From assembly GCF_009931435.1 (NCBI RefSeq), contig NZ_CP043414.1: a stretch of DNA of 64,000 nt. One strand, written 5' to 3'. The stretch is from Escherichia coli (GTDB taxonomy: Bacteria > Pseudomonadota > Gammaproteobacteria > Enterobacterales > Enterobacteriaceae). The translations under genes and the position numbers were made by a program. Under the pieces are notes generated by a model, which did not search any database, was not told where the DNA came from, and saw only the letters and a program-made list of their open reading frames with translations. Positions 43,001 through 53,500 of the stretch are shown piece after piece; within the stretch, counting starts at the first letter, position 1, and every line of letters starts with the position of its first letter.

Positions 43001-44277
43001 TGCGTGACGCTGCCGTCCGCCAGTTCTTTTTTCACCACCCGCTTCAGCCCGGCCCCGCCTTCTGTATGCAGCACCTCTCGCCGGTTCAGGCTGTCCGTGA
43101 TGGTGATGCGGTCCTGCTCATAAAGATAGCGATAGCTTAACCCTGCCGGGTTCAGCTGCTCCACCACCCGCCCGGTATCGTCGTAGCGGTAGCGCATCTC
43201 CGGCCTTCCCGCATAACGGTGCCCCACCATCCGGCCCGGGTGCTGCGCGTCATACGTGAAAGCGCGCACCTGCGTATTGCTGCGGTCATATACCGCCAGC
43301 AGTTCACCGGCTTCCGTATACGTGTAACGCGCCAGTGGCGCACCGGGCAGATTCTCCGGGTATGCCGGGTCGTGCATCAGCCACACCGCCGAAAGACGGA
43401 TGCCCCTGTCGGGGCCGTATTCCGTACCGGGCAGTGTGTCGGGGAACGCTGAGGCTGAGAGAGGGCGGGAACGGTCAGAAGAAGATAGCGAAGAGGTGCG
43501 GGCCTCTTCCGCACGCTGCGCCTGCGTGGTCAGCACCAGACGGAACTTCCGCCCGGCACCGTCCGTCACGCTGGTGATTTCCCCAGCCAGGTCACCGGCG
43601 GCCTCACGCCGGTACGTCAGCGTCCGCCCGAAGCGGTCCGCCAGCCCGGTAAGCACCCGGTACGGCGGCAGCGGCGCTGGCAGTACGTCCTCAGCACCCG
43701 GCACCCGCTCACTCCACCCCAGTATCCACCACGACCCCTGTGCGCTGTTGGTCGCCAGGTAAAGATGCGGGCTTAACCGGATATCCGGCGGCAGCGCCCC
43801 CCACAGTCGCGCCAGCGTGTGGCCGTCCGGCTGCGCTGCCTTACCACCGCGCACCAGCCACATTGACTCGCTGCGGCTGTACACCGCCTCCCCCGGCAGC
43901 AGCGGCTCAAAGTGAATGCTCCGCCCGCCGTTGTCGTTGAGTATCAGTGCGTCATCACGTAGCTGTAAGCGGATATCCGAAGGCGCTTTCCAGCCGGGGC
44001 CGAAAACGCCCACCGGGGCAGGCGTCCTCGTCCGGTAGCTGCTGTAGGTGCGGGAGAGAATGAACGGCAGCGGGCCGGGCAGCGCAAGGTCCGTCTCGCC
44101 GGGCAGCACCTTCGCCCCCAGCAGCGGATTTACCGGGTTGCCCGAAGTCATCCCGCCCGGACACACCGAGCACGCCACGCCGGTGGGCGCGCCAATTCTT
44201 ACACCTGCCGAACCCTGGACAATGGGACCGCCATACTGAGTCATATCTCCCTGACGCGCTGCTGGTTTTCCGCTCAT
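40025..44277 (-). CDS. Rhs-family polymorphic toxin (PAAR-like N-terminus, YD-repeat shell, variable C-terminal tip), interrupted by an apparent -1 frameshift near 41325
   Basis: Track ORFs 41209-44277 (1022 aa) and 40025-41320 (431 aa) overlap in different frames; YD repeats throughout; DPIGL core-end motif; C-terminal tip contains HEFAH. Confidence 0.85.
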
Positions 44278-44343
44278 GATTCAATTCCTTCTTCTGTTTA
44301 TTTTTAATGCTTGTTTGTTACTGAATACCGAACAGGTACGGGA

Positions 44344-46452
44344 TCAGTACTCTCTCATATCCGGCGTATCCTGCTTTTCATCAGGGGTCTTCGGTGGGGA
44401 TTTCGAGGCTGCACAGTTCCAGTTAATCAACAGTGAGTCACCATTAACCTGCTCCTTACCCTGCAAATGAATTTTTGTGCCGTTGAGAAAAATTTGTCCG
44501 TCCTTAGTCAGCACCAGCCTTGCCTTACCACAGCAGAGTTCCAGATGCTCACCGGCGGAGTAAATCGCGGTCTGCCCGGTATCATCCTTTTTCGTTTTAC
44601 CAACGGTGAAGGTAACGTTATTTCCGACTTTGACGTCATAACCCAGCCCGACCATCAACGATTTATGCAAACCGATCTGCGAGGACTGCATCAGGGCCAC
44701 CGAGGTGTTCATAATGCCACCTACCGTCGTCTGATACGCCACGCCCACAGTCAGCGCACGAACAAGTCCAATCGTTTCCACCTGAACAGAGCCCACTTTA
44801 ATGATCTGGTTACTGCCCACCGTCTCTATCTGGTTAACGCCCACCGTCTGTATCTGATTGTTGGTAACCGCAATCACCTGATTGTTGCCGATGGTCTCAG
44901 CATGGTTGTTTATCACATCCGTGGTGCGGTTATTCAGCACCTCGGTGTTCATGTTCTTCTGCGCGTGGATGTAGACCTGTTCTTTCCCTGTCGCATCGTC
45001 AAACTTCAGTTCATTAAACCCGCTGCCCTTATAGGTTTTCGAACGAATGGTCATCTGCGTCTTTGTTCCCGGCAGGCTGCCGGGGGTGCGGTTTTCCTGG
45101 TGGTAGGTACGCCCCATAATAATCGGCTGGTCCGGATCGCCGTTGAGGAAGTCCACAATGACCTCCTGACCCACACGCGGTATCGCCAGGTTACCAAACC
45201 CGGTGCCTGCCCACGCCTGTGCCACACGGATCCAGCATGAACTGTCCTGGTTTGACGGGTTATAACGGTCCCAGTTAAATTTCACCCGCACGCGGCCATG
45301 TTCATCACAGAAGATTTCTTCTCCTGCCGGTCCCGTCACGACGGCGCTCTGCGGGCCATCCACCAGCGGTTTCAGCAACGGCTGTGGCCGCCATGTTCTG
45401 TCTGCCGGTATTACCGCAAAGTGGTTATTCAGCGTGGTACCTGAACCCCTGCGTCCCGGCACCGCCTGCGGCTGCTCGCCGTGCAGTTCACTTGCCACCA
45501 CCTGCCATTCCCGGTTCAGGTTCGCCTGCGGATGCCCCGTCAGCGCAATTCGCCGTCCCGGCCATATCTCCGGAGAACGGCTTGTTCCGCGCGCCACTTC
45601 TGCGTTGTTTCGCCAGCCATCCATCTGCCAGCGGGCAAAGTTCTGCCCGTGGGCACCCTTGAAACGTCCGGGGTAGTCATACACTTCATACTGTGTGCGC
45701 TGGTAATCCTGGTACTGGCCTTCCTGATCAAAACGCCCTGCCCAGCCGGGTCGTTTAAAGGTGTAGTCCTTGGTCACCACGGAAGAAGGGCGGATTTGTG
45801 CGCTGTAGCGGAACTGGCTGATGCATAGGGTGCTCACCTCGGTACGGGTGTTCGGATTCCAGGGGATCTCAAAGGACTCCGGCAGATAACGCACGGTGTC
45901 GCACAGGACCAGGCTCTGGTCGGTACTTTTTTGCGCGTGCTCCTCATAAAAGAAGATGCCTTCCTCCGCCGCCATCCGGCACAGGAAATCGTAATCGGTT
46001 TCGCCGTACTGGACACAAAACTCACGGGAAGGATGCGGCTCGCTGAACAGCGGACTCCACTCGGTCACCCCGTTTTCTTTCAGGATCGTCGCGAGTATGC
46101 TTTCGATGTCCTCATTCTGGAAGATACGGAAGTTCTGGCGCAGCCCTGTGCGCCACAGCGGTGGGCACACCTTCATGCTGTACAGCATCTGGTTTTTGTC
46201 GTTCTCCCCCAGTTCAAACCAGGTCACCACACCTTTTACCCGGCGCTGTACGTCATCGCCCTGCCATACCGTCAGGTAGGCCATTTTGTCGAGGATCTGC
46301 GGAAATTCAAGGGAAAGAAACTGCTGACTGACCAGAGAAAGGTCGAGGGAAAAAAGTGAAGAGAGTGACTGGGTGAGATGAAAGGAAACCACCGCAAACG
46401 CGTCCGGTGGCAGGCCGTCCACTTCCAGCGTGAAACGTAATCCGGTTGACAT
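44344..46452 (-). CDS. vgrG: VgrG-type T6SS spike protein
   Basis: Track ORF 44344-46488; start at ATG 46452 (MSTGLRFTLEVDGLPPDAF...); gp27/gp5-like; Val-Gly repeats (VGVNQIETVGSNQIIKVGSVQVETIG). Confidence 0.9.
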   Translation of the reverse strand: MSTGLRFTLEVDGLPPDAFAVVSFHLTQSLSSLFSLDLSLVSQQFLSLEFPQILDKMAYLTVWQGDDVQRRVKGVVTWFELGENDKNQMLYSMKVCPPLWRTGLRQNFRIFQNEDIESILATILKENGVTEWSPLFSEPHPSREFCVQYGETDYDFLCRMAAEEGIFFYEEHAQKSTDQSLVLCDTVRYLPESFEIPWNPNTRTEVSTLCISQFRYSAQIRPSSVVTKDYTFKRPGWAGRFDQEGQYQDYQRTQYEVYDYPGRFKGAHGQNFARWQMDGWRNNAEVARGTSRSPEIWPGRRIALTGHPQANLNREWQVVASELHGEQPQAVPGRRGSGTTLNNHFAVIPADRTWRPQPLLKPLVDGPQSAVVTGPAGEEIFCDEHGRVRVKFNWDRYNPSNQDSSCWIRVAQAWAGTGFGNLAIPRVGQEVIVDFLNGDPDQPIIMGRTYHQENRTPGSLPGTKTQMTIRSKTYKGSGFNELKFDDATGKEQVYIHAQKNMNTEVLNNRTTDVINNHAETIGNNQVIAVTNNQIQTVGVNQIETVGSNQIIKVGSVQVETIGLVRALTVGVAYQTTVGGIMNTSVALMQSSQIGLHKSLMVGLGYDVKVGNNVTFTVGKTKKDDTGQTAIYSAGEHLELCCGKARLVLTKDGQIFLNGTKIHLQGKEQVNGDSLLINWNCAASKSPPKTPDEKQDTPDMREY

Positions 46453-47272
46453 AGCAACCTCCGTGAAAATGAATAATAATCCGCACATATTGCATGTACA
46501 ACATGTCGGACGGATGAGATAAGCGAGTCGACATCTGGCGTTACCGGGGAATATCAGAAAAATGTCATGGTTATGTGATGATTTAGTCTGGGATTTTACT
46601 TCAGAGAAACGGGTGTCTGTTTAGTCAACAAAATAATCACAAACGCAACGGATGGGTTCTCGACGTTATTCACGACAGGCTCGTACATTACAGCGAGTAA
46701 TAAAAAACCTGATATGCAAAGTCAAACCAATATTCATAATGTCTTTTTATTCACAAAAATAAATAATTCAATAACAATCATTGAAATGAATGATGGTTTG
46801 TATAAGGAATATACGCTACCGCCCCACCCTGATAACATGATCTGCACATTGCCATCTTAACGTCGTTAAACACTGGCTTAATAGTGGATATTTCAAATTA
46901 GGAATTTATTAAATTCACCTGATGAATATCATAAGCAAATAGCATAGAAAATAATGACAACTCCCCCGAGGGGACCATTTCCAAAGCACTGCAACACCAC
47001 CTGGTGCCCGGATGATCTTGCTTCAGTGGTAAGAGTACCTGATTCATTGTTCCCAAAATGGTGTTTTCCCCTGCCCCTCCAATAACGTGCAGCTCTCACG
47101 TGATAATCTATTGATTAGGTTATATTAAGAATCAATATTTGAAATACATCCATTTTCTTGAATAAATCAACATATTTATTTATCAATTGCTGTTTTAGCT
47201 CTGACTCATCAAACTCTCCATATTTTTCCTACAGAAAATCGCGAATAAATACAGAGAACGCCATTTATCCTT

Positions 47273-47485
47273 TTAGCATACCTGCCGGATATTTTTATTT
47301 GTATTAATATTAATTGCATCTCCAACTCCGAGCATATCCATTATTAAAGACATTTTGAGATTATAGAATGCCTGTGATAACAACTGAAACATCTGCACAA
47401 TGTGAATAGTTAGTTTCTTTTCAGAGGAAATGAAATAGACAAGCTGAATGAAAGGGAGAGTGATATAAATTAAAAAACATAACAT
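47273..47485 (-). CDS. Small hypothetical protein (YncH-like by position and length)
   Basis: 70-codon ORF in AT-rich region; only ORF in the 1 kb gap; identity by position only. Confidence 0.3.
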   Translation of the reverse strand: MLCFLIYITLPFIQLVYFISSEKKLTIHIVQMFQLLSQAFYNLKMSLIMDMLGVGDAININTNKNIRQVC

Positions 47486-47560
47486 GAATCTAATTAATTA
47501 CGTCCATCATTGTGGATAAAGTTACTGAATAATAAATAACATAATATTCTGGTATCCCAC

Positions 47561-48178
47561 TCAAATAATTTCATTCCTTTTTAATACTTCTTGTAATTTC
47601 GGTAACTGACATACAGCATCAGCGATCGCACTGATATTCGTGGCATTATCCTGAAACCATTCATGCCCAGGCCCCCATGTGCGCATAGTGCAAAGATAAC
47701 AGTCCACCAGCGTTAGTTGCTCACCAAACGCATAAGGTTCAGCGGTCAATTGTGAATTCAGCCAGATATAAAGCGATTTACGATATTCAATAACATTCTT
47801 CTTTAACTGTTCGGGTGCGTCAGGAGCCCAACGCTCAGGGTAATCGGCGAAAGTGAATGTTGGATAGACATTAGCAACCAGCCAGACCAATAGCCGTTGA
47901 AACTGCTGACGTTCGGCGCGCCTAACCGGTGGCGCAAGGTCCGGGCGACGATCGAGAACCATCAATGCAATCGCCGCTGTCTCCGTCATAATCTCGTCAT
48001 TTTCCAGCGCCAGTGTCGGAATCTGACACAACGGGTTCAGGGTTTTCAATAACTCGCGTGAAGTTCCCTCGTGGTCAAAACCACTGACATCAACGAACTG
48101 ATAAGGAATATCAGCCAGTGATAGCATCAGCTCACTGATTGTAGAGCCCCATCCGGGTACGCCATACACCTTAATCAT
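47561..48178 (-). CDS. yncG: Glutathione S-transferase homologue
   Basis: 205 aa ORF MIKVYGVPGWGSTISELMLSLADIPYQF... Confidence 0.85.
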   Translation of the reverse strand: MIKVYGVPGWGSTISELMLSLADIPYQFVDVSGFDHEGTSRELLKTLNPLCQIPTLALENDEIMTETAAIALMVLDRRPDLAPPVRRAERQQFQRLLVWLVANVYPTFTFADYPERWAPDAPEQLKKNVIEYRKSLYIWLNSQLTAEPYAFGEQLTLVDCYLCTMRTWGPGHEWFQDNATNISAIADAVCQLPKLQEVLKRNEII

Positions 48179-48444
48179 ATGCCCCTCACAATCTTTTAAA
48201 GATTAAGTGTAGGACAGTACACAGGTTAACCAGCAAAAGGATTTGTCATTTTTTCGTCAGTTGTATTATTCCCCTTCAGGATTGTAAGGGGATGTTTTGC
48301 ATCGTTTATCGATAACGGGTAGGATGCTGCGCCGATAGTTTTATACCCATAAAGAATAATGGTGATAACTATCATCGCCAGGATGAATAAACATTGTTCA
48401 TGGCAACTTATATGACTTTTTCATTAAAGCAATCAGGGAGAGCA

Positions 48445-49944
48445 ATGAGTAAACACGACACCGACACTTCAGATCAACACGCCGCGAAACGTCGCTGGCT
48501 TAATGCCCACGAAGAGGGGTATCACAAAGCGATGGGCAATCGCCAGGTACAGATGATCGCCATTGGCGGCGCGATTGGCACCGGCTTGTTTTTAGGTGCA
48601 GGAGCCCGACTGCAAATGGCGGGGCCAGCACTGGCACTGGTCTATTTAATCTGCGGCCTGTTTTCATTTTTTATTCTGCGTGCATTGGGTGAGCTGGTGC
48701 TACACCGCCCTTCCAGTGGCAGTTTTGTCTCTTATGCCCGTGAGTTTTTGGGTGAGAAAGCCGCTTACGTTGCTGGCTGGATGTACTTCATCAACTGGGC
48801 GATGACCGGGATTGTTGATATTACCGCTGTCGCTCTGTATATGCATTACTGGGGCGCGTTTGGCGGCGTGCCGCAGTGGGTCTTTGCGCTCGCTGCGCTG
48901 ACCATCGTTGGCACCATGAATATGATCGGTGTGAAATGGTTTGCGGAGATGGAGTTCTGGTTTGCGCTTATTAAAGTGCTCGCCATTGTGACCTTTTTGG
49001 TCGTGGGTACAGTGTTCCTCGGTAGTGGTCAGCCGCTGGATGGCAACACCACTGGCTTTCATTTAATCACCGATAATGGCGGCTTCTTCCCCCATGGTTT
49101 GCTACCTGCGCTGGTATTGATTCAGGGCGTAGTGTTTGCTTTTGCCTCCATTGAAATGGTGGGTACAGCTGCCGGAGAATGTAAAGATCCGCAGACCATG
49201 GTGCCTAAAGCGATTAACAGTGTGATTTGGCGTATTGGCCTGTTTTACGTCGGCTCCGTGGTGTTGCTGGTTATGTTATTGCCGTGGAGCGCGTATCAGG
49301 CGGGGCAAAGTCCGTTCGTGACGTTTTTCTCTAAACTGGGCGTGCCTTACATCGGCAGCATTATGAACATTGTGGTGCTGACCGCTGCCCTCTCCAGCCT
49401 GAACTCAGGTCTGTACTGCACCGGACGTATTCTGCGCTCAATGGCGATGGGCGGTTCCGCACCGAGTTTTATGGCGAAAATGAGTCGTCAGCATGTGCCG
49501 TATGCCGGGATTCTGGCGACACTAGTTGTGTATGTCGTCGGCGTATTCCTCAACTATCTGGTGCCGTCGCGCGTATTTGAAATTGTGTTGAATTTCGCGT
49601 CGCTGGGAATCATCGCATCATGGGCGTTTATCATTGTTTGCCAGATGCGCCTGCGTAAAGCGATTAAAGAAGGCAAAGCAGCGGATGTCAGTTTTAAACT
49701 GCCTGGCGCGCCCTTCACTTCCTGGCTGACATTACTGTTTTTGCTGAGCGTCCTGGTGCTGATGGCGTTCGATTACCCGAACGGAACTTATACCATTGCG
49801 GCGCTGCCGATTATCGGTATTCTGCTGGTTATAGGCTGGTTTGGTGTGCGCAAACGCGTTGCTGAAATTCACAGCACTGCGCCAGTCGTCGAGGAAGATG
49901 AAGAACAACAGGAAATTGTGTTTAAGCCAGAGACGGCGAGTTAA
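48445..49944 (+). CDS. ansP: L-asparagine permease (APC family)
   Basis: Track ORF 48394-49944; start ATG 48445 (MSKHDTDTSDQHAAKRRWLNAHEEGYHKAM...) gives 499 aa, SD gggagag upstream. Confidence 0.9.
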   Translation: MSKHDTDTSDQHAAKRRWLNAHEEGYHKAMGNRQVQMIAIGGAIGTGLFLGAGARLQMAGPALALVYLICGLFSFFILRALGELVLHRPSSGSFVSYAREFLGEKAAYVAGWMYFINWAMTGIVDITAVALYMHYWGAFGGVPQWVFALAALTIVGTMNMIGVKWFAEMEFWFALIKVLAIVTFLVVGTVFLGSGQPLDGNTTGFHLITDNGGFFPHGLLPALVLIQGVVFAFASIEMVGTAAGECKDPQTMVPKAINSVIWRIGLFYVGSVVLLVMLLPWSAYQAGQSPFVTFFSKLGVPYIGSIMNIVVLTAALSSLNSGLYCTGRILRSMAMGGSAPSFMAKMSRQHVPYAGILATLVVYVVGVFLNYLVPSRVFEIVLNFASLGIIASWAFIIVCQMRLRKAIKEGKAADVSFKLPGAPFTSWLTLLFLLSVLVLMAFDYPNGTYTIAALPIIGILLVIGWFGVRKRVAEIHSTAPVVEEDEEQQEIVFKPETAS

Positions 49945-49952
49945 TTGCAAAA

Positions 49953-49980
49953 TTGCCCGGCTATGTGCCGGGCAAATTCA
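49953..49980 (+). terminator. Rho-independent terminator after ansP (shared with convergent yncE)
   Basis: ttgcccgg-ctatgt-gccgggcaa hairpin; adjacent REP-like gccggatgcggcgtga. Confidence 0.55.
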
Positions 49981-50056
49981 GATTAGAAACGAGGGTGCCG
50001 GATGCGGCGTGATAAAAGTCAGGCAAGTCTCTCAGTTTTCACCCTCGCCATATCTA

Positions 50057-51118
50057 TTACAACGCAATACGAATCACATCGTCCGGCTGAGTAGCTTCCT
50101 GCTGTTTAGTAGATTTTTGTTTCACACTGACATACAGCGTTTTGCCATCGGCAGACAGCGCCAGGCTGTTCGGATGGGTCGGCGTATCGAACGTTTTCAC
50201 CACTTTATAGCTTTTCGCGTCAATCACACTGACTTTACCTGCCTGACGATGCGTTACGTAGGCTTCATTACGCGCTGGGTTAAACAGCACAGCCAGTGAT
50301 TCCGGTGCCGCAACCTTCGCCAGAATATTGCCATTACGGGTATCGACCACTAGCACTTCTGCCGCTTTAGAATCGGTGATAAATGCACGCTGCCTGGCGG
50401 TATCGAGGCTGATGTTGATAAAGAAGTGCTCTTTGCCATCATCCAGCAGCTTTTTACGGCTGAGGATTTTATTGTCGGCGGTGTCGATGGTAATCAATTC
50501 ACCATCGGCATTAGTGGTGTAAAGACGTTTGCCTTTGCTATCCAGCGCCAGACCGGTACTCATTTTACCGGTGTTCTGGATGGCGGTTTTCAGTTTGATA
50601 TTCTCGCCATCAACGACCCAAATCACGCTCTCTTTACCAATACCACTGATGTAAACGGTGTTCGTGGCATCATCAGCTACCAACTCACGCGGTTGCAGCG
50701 GGCGCACCTCTTCCGTGCTCTTACGATCATCCAGCACCAGACGGCCTTTCACTTCGCCCGTTTTGGCATCTATCGCCGTGACCGCGCTGTTTACGGTGTT
50801 ACCAAACCACAACGTCTGAGTCGTGTTATTGATGGTGGCACCAAACGGCTTGAGATCGTTATGGATCGCCTGCGTCACTTCCAGAGTGACCGGATCAAGA
50901 CGATAAACCACGCCACCTTTATCCAGTTTGCGGCTTTGCGAAGTGGCGAGCCACAGCGCGTTTTCTTGCTGGCTATAAGCCATTTCGTAGGCACCTTTAC
51001 CTACCGCTTTACGCAGCATTTCTTCTGCGGCCTGCGTACTGAATGATGAAGCAACAAGCAATGAACCTAACAGTAATGAACCACGCAGGCGCGATGAAAA
51101 CAGATGACGTAAATGCAT
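50057..51118 (-). CDS. yncE: Beta-propeller protein YncE (secreted)
   Basis: 353 aa ORF with signal peptide. Confidence 0.88.
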   Translation of the reverse strand: MHLRHLFSSRLRGSLLLGSLLVASSFSTQAAEEMLRKAVGKGAYEMAYSQQENALWLATSQSRKLDKGGVVYRLDPVTLEVTQAIHNDLKPFGATINNTTQTLWFGNTVNSAVTAIDAKTGEVKGRLVLDDRKSTEEVRPLQPRELVADDATNTVYISGIGKESVIWVVDGENIKLKTAIQNTGKMSTGLALDSKGKRLYTTNADGELITIDTADNKILSRKKLLDDGKEHFFINISLDTARQRAFITDSKAAEVLVVDTRNGNILAKVAAPESLAVLFNPARNEAYVTHRQAGKVSVIDAKSYKVVKTFDTPTHPNSLALSADGKTLYVSVKQKSTKQQEATQPDDVIRIAL

Positions 51119-51359
51119 GACGACTCCCTTTGATGAACCGATATTTTTGCTGCTTCACAATGCTTCGCTAAGCGTAATCATCGTTACGCTCTTGTTATAA
51201 ATGGGAATGATAATCATTATTTTCTCAAATGTGGAGCATTTCTTGCCGTTACGACTACAATTTTCTCAATTACTTAACGTATTGTGCCGTTTCATTTTCC
51301 ATAAATTTACAATTTCATTACCATGACGGCGTTTTCCCATTCTTAACCTGGCTTTTTTC

Positions 51360-53462
51360 ATGAAGATTTTTTCCGTCCGACAGACCGTTTTGCCCGCACT
51401 GCTTGTCCTTTCCCCCGTTGTTTTTGCCGCTGATGAACAGACTATGATTGTCAGTGCCGCACCGCAGGTGGTTTCAGAACTGGATACCCCAGCAGCAGTA
51501 AGCGTGGTGGATGGCGAGGAGATGCGTCTGGCAACACCGCGCATTAACTTGTCCGAATCACTGACCGGCGTGCCTGGTTTGCAGGTACAAAACCGGCAGA
51601 ACTATGCGCAAGATTTACAGCTGTCGATTCGCGGATTTGGCTCCCGCTCCACTTACGGTATTCGCGGTATTCGCCTGTATGTCGACGGTATTCCCGCCAC
51701 AATGCCCGACGGGCAAGGGCAAACATCCAACATCGATTTAAGCAGTGTACAAAATGTGGAAGTGCTGCGTGGCCCCTTTTCTGCCCTGTATGGCAACGCG
51801 TCTGGCGGTGTAATGAATGTCACCACCCAGACCGGGCAACAGCCACCAACCATTGAATCCAGTAGTTACTATGGCAGTTTTGGCAGCTGGCGCTATGGGC
51901 TGAAAGCAACGGGCGCAACGGGAGACGGCACACAGCCCGGCGATGTTGATTACACCGTCTCAACCACGCGTTTTACGACCCACGGCTATCGTGATCATAG
52001 TGGCGCACAGAAAAATTTAGCCAATGCCAAACTGGGCGTTCGCATTGATGACGCCAGCAAATTAAGCCTGATTTTCAATAGTGTGGATATCAAAGCAGAT
52101 GACCCAGGTGGGCTAACCGAAGCAGAATGGAAGGCGAATCCGCAACAAGCGCCACGCGCTGAACAGTACGACACGCGAAAAACCATCAAGCAAACTCAGG
52201 CTGGGTTGCGCTATGAACGTAGCCTGAGTTCGCAGGATGATATGAGTGTGATGATGTATGCCGGAGAACGAGAAACGACCCAGTACCAGTCAATCCCAAT
52301 GGCCCCGCAACTTAACCAATCGCATGCGGGCGGCGTGATTACTCTGCAACGCCATTATCAGGGGATAGACGGCCGCTGGACACACCGTGGCGAACTGGGT
52401 GTTCCGGTCACGTTCACTACCGGCCTGAACTACGAAAACATGAGTGAAAACCGTAAAGGCTACAACAACTTCCGCCTGTATAGCGGCGTGCCGGAATACG
52501 GGCAAAAAGGTGAGTTGCGCCGCGACGAACGCAATCTGATGTGGAACGTCGATCCTTATTTACAAACGCAGTGGCAGCTGATCGAAAAACTGTCGCTGGA
52601 TGCTGGCGTGCGCTACAGCTCCGTATGGTTTGATTCCAACGATCATTACATTACTCCGGGTAACGGCGATGACAGTGGTGATGCCAGTTATCACAAATGG
52701 CTACCAGCCGGATCGTTAAAATATGCAATGACCGATGCCTGGAATATCTATCTGGCAGCCGGGCGTGGTTTTGAAACGCCGACGATTAATGAGCTGTCTT
52801 ATCGTGCTGACGGTCAAAGCGGTATGAACTTTGGTTTAAAACCATCCACCAACGATACAATTGAGATCGGCAGTAAAACGCGTATTGGTAATGGGCTGCT
52901 TAGTCTCGCATTGTTCCAGACCGACACCGATGATGAAATTGTTGTCGATAACAGTAGCGGTGGGCGTACGACTTACAAAAATGCCGGAAAGACCCGTCGT
53001 CAAGGCGCTGAACTGGCATGGGATCAACGTTTCGCGGGAGATTTTCGCGTAAAAGCGTCCTGGACCTGGCTTGATGCGACCTATCGCAGCAATGTGTGCA
53101 ATGAACATGATTGTAACGGTAACCGGATGCCAGGGATCGCCCGTAATATGGGCTTTGCGTCGATAGGTTATGTACCGGAAGATGGCTGGTATGCAGGTAC
53201 GGAAGCGCGTTATATGGGCGATATTATGGCCGATGATGAAAATACGGCCAAAGCGCCGTCTTATACTCTCGTCGGCTTATTCTCCGGGTATAAATACAAT
53301 TTCCACAATTTAAGTGTGGATTTATTTGGTCGTGTCGATAATTTATTCGATAAAGAATACGTTGGTTCTGTCATTGTCAATGAGTCAAACGGGCGATATT
53401 ACGAACCTGCGCCCGGGCGAAATTATGGTATCGGCGTGAATGTTGCGTGGCGATTTGAGTGA
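51360..53462 (+). CDS. yncD: TonB-dependent outer-membrane receptor
   Basis: 700 aa; signal peptide; C-terminal ...VNVAWRFE beta-barrel terminus with aromatic residue. Confidence 0.9.
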   Translation: MKIFSVRQTVLPALLVLSPVVFAADEQTMIVSAAPQVVSELDTPAAVSVVDGEEMRLATPRINLSESLTGVPGLQVQNRQNYAQDLQLSIRGFGSRSTYGIRGIRLYVDGIPATMPDGQGQTSNIDLSSVQNVEVLRGPFSALYGNASGGVMNVTTQTGQQPPTIESSSYYGSFGSWRYGLKATGATGDGTQPGDVDYTVSTTRFTTHGYRDHSGAQKNLANAKLGVRIDDASKLSLIFNSVDIKADDPGGLTEAEWKANPQQAPRAEQYDTRKTIKQTQAGLRYERSLSSQDDMSVMMYAGERETTQYQSIPMAPQLNQSHAGGVITLQRHYQGIDGRWTHRGELGVPVTFTTGLNYENMSENRKGYNNFRLYSGVPEYGQKGELRRDERNLMWNVDPYLQTQWQLIEKLSLDAGVRYSSVWFDSNDHYITPGNGDDSGDASYHKWLPAGSLKYAMTDAWNIYLAAGRGFETPTINELSYRADGQSGMNFGLKPSTNDTIEIGSKTRIGNGLLSLALFQTDTDDEIVVDNSSGGRTTYKNAGKTRRQGAELAWDQRFAGDFRVKASWTWLDATYRSNVCNEHDCNGNRMPGIARNMGFASIGYVPEDGWYAGTEARYMGDIMADDENTAKAPSYTLVGLFSGYKYNFHNLSVDLFGRVDNLFDKEYVGSVIVNESNGRYYEPAPGRNYGIGVNVAWRFE

Positions 53463-53469
53463 TTATATT

Positions 53470-53500
53470 GATGCCCGGTATTTGCCGGGCATTTAATTTA
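53470..53500. terminator. Bidirectional hairpin terminator between convergent yncD and mcbR
   Basis: tgcccgg-tatttg-ccgggca flanked by A/T runs on both sides. Confidence 0.6.

Noticed and set aside
41119-44239. Multiple plus-strand ORFs (for example 41119-41718, 41803-42525, 43400-43762) inside the Rhs gene
   Set aside because: Shadow ORFs of the GC-rich YD-repeat region on the opposite strand; Arg/Pro/Ala-rich low-complexity translations.
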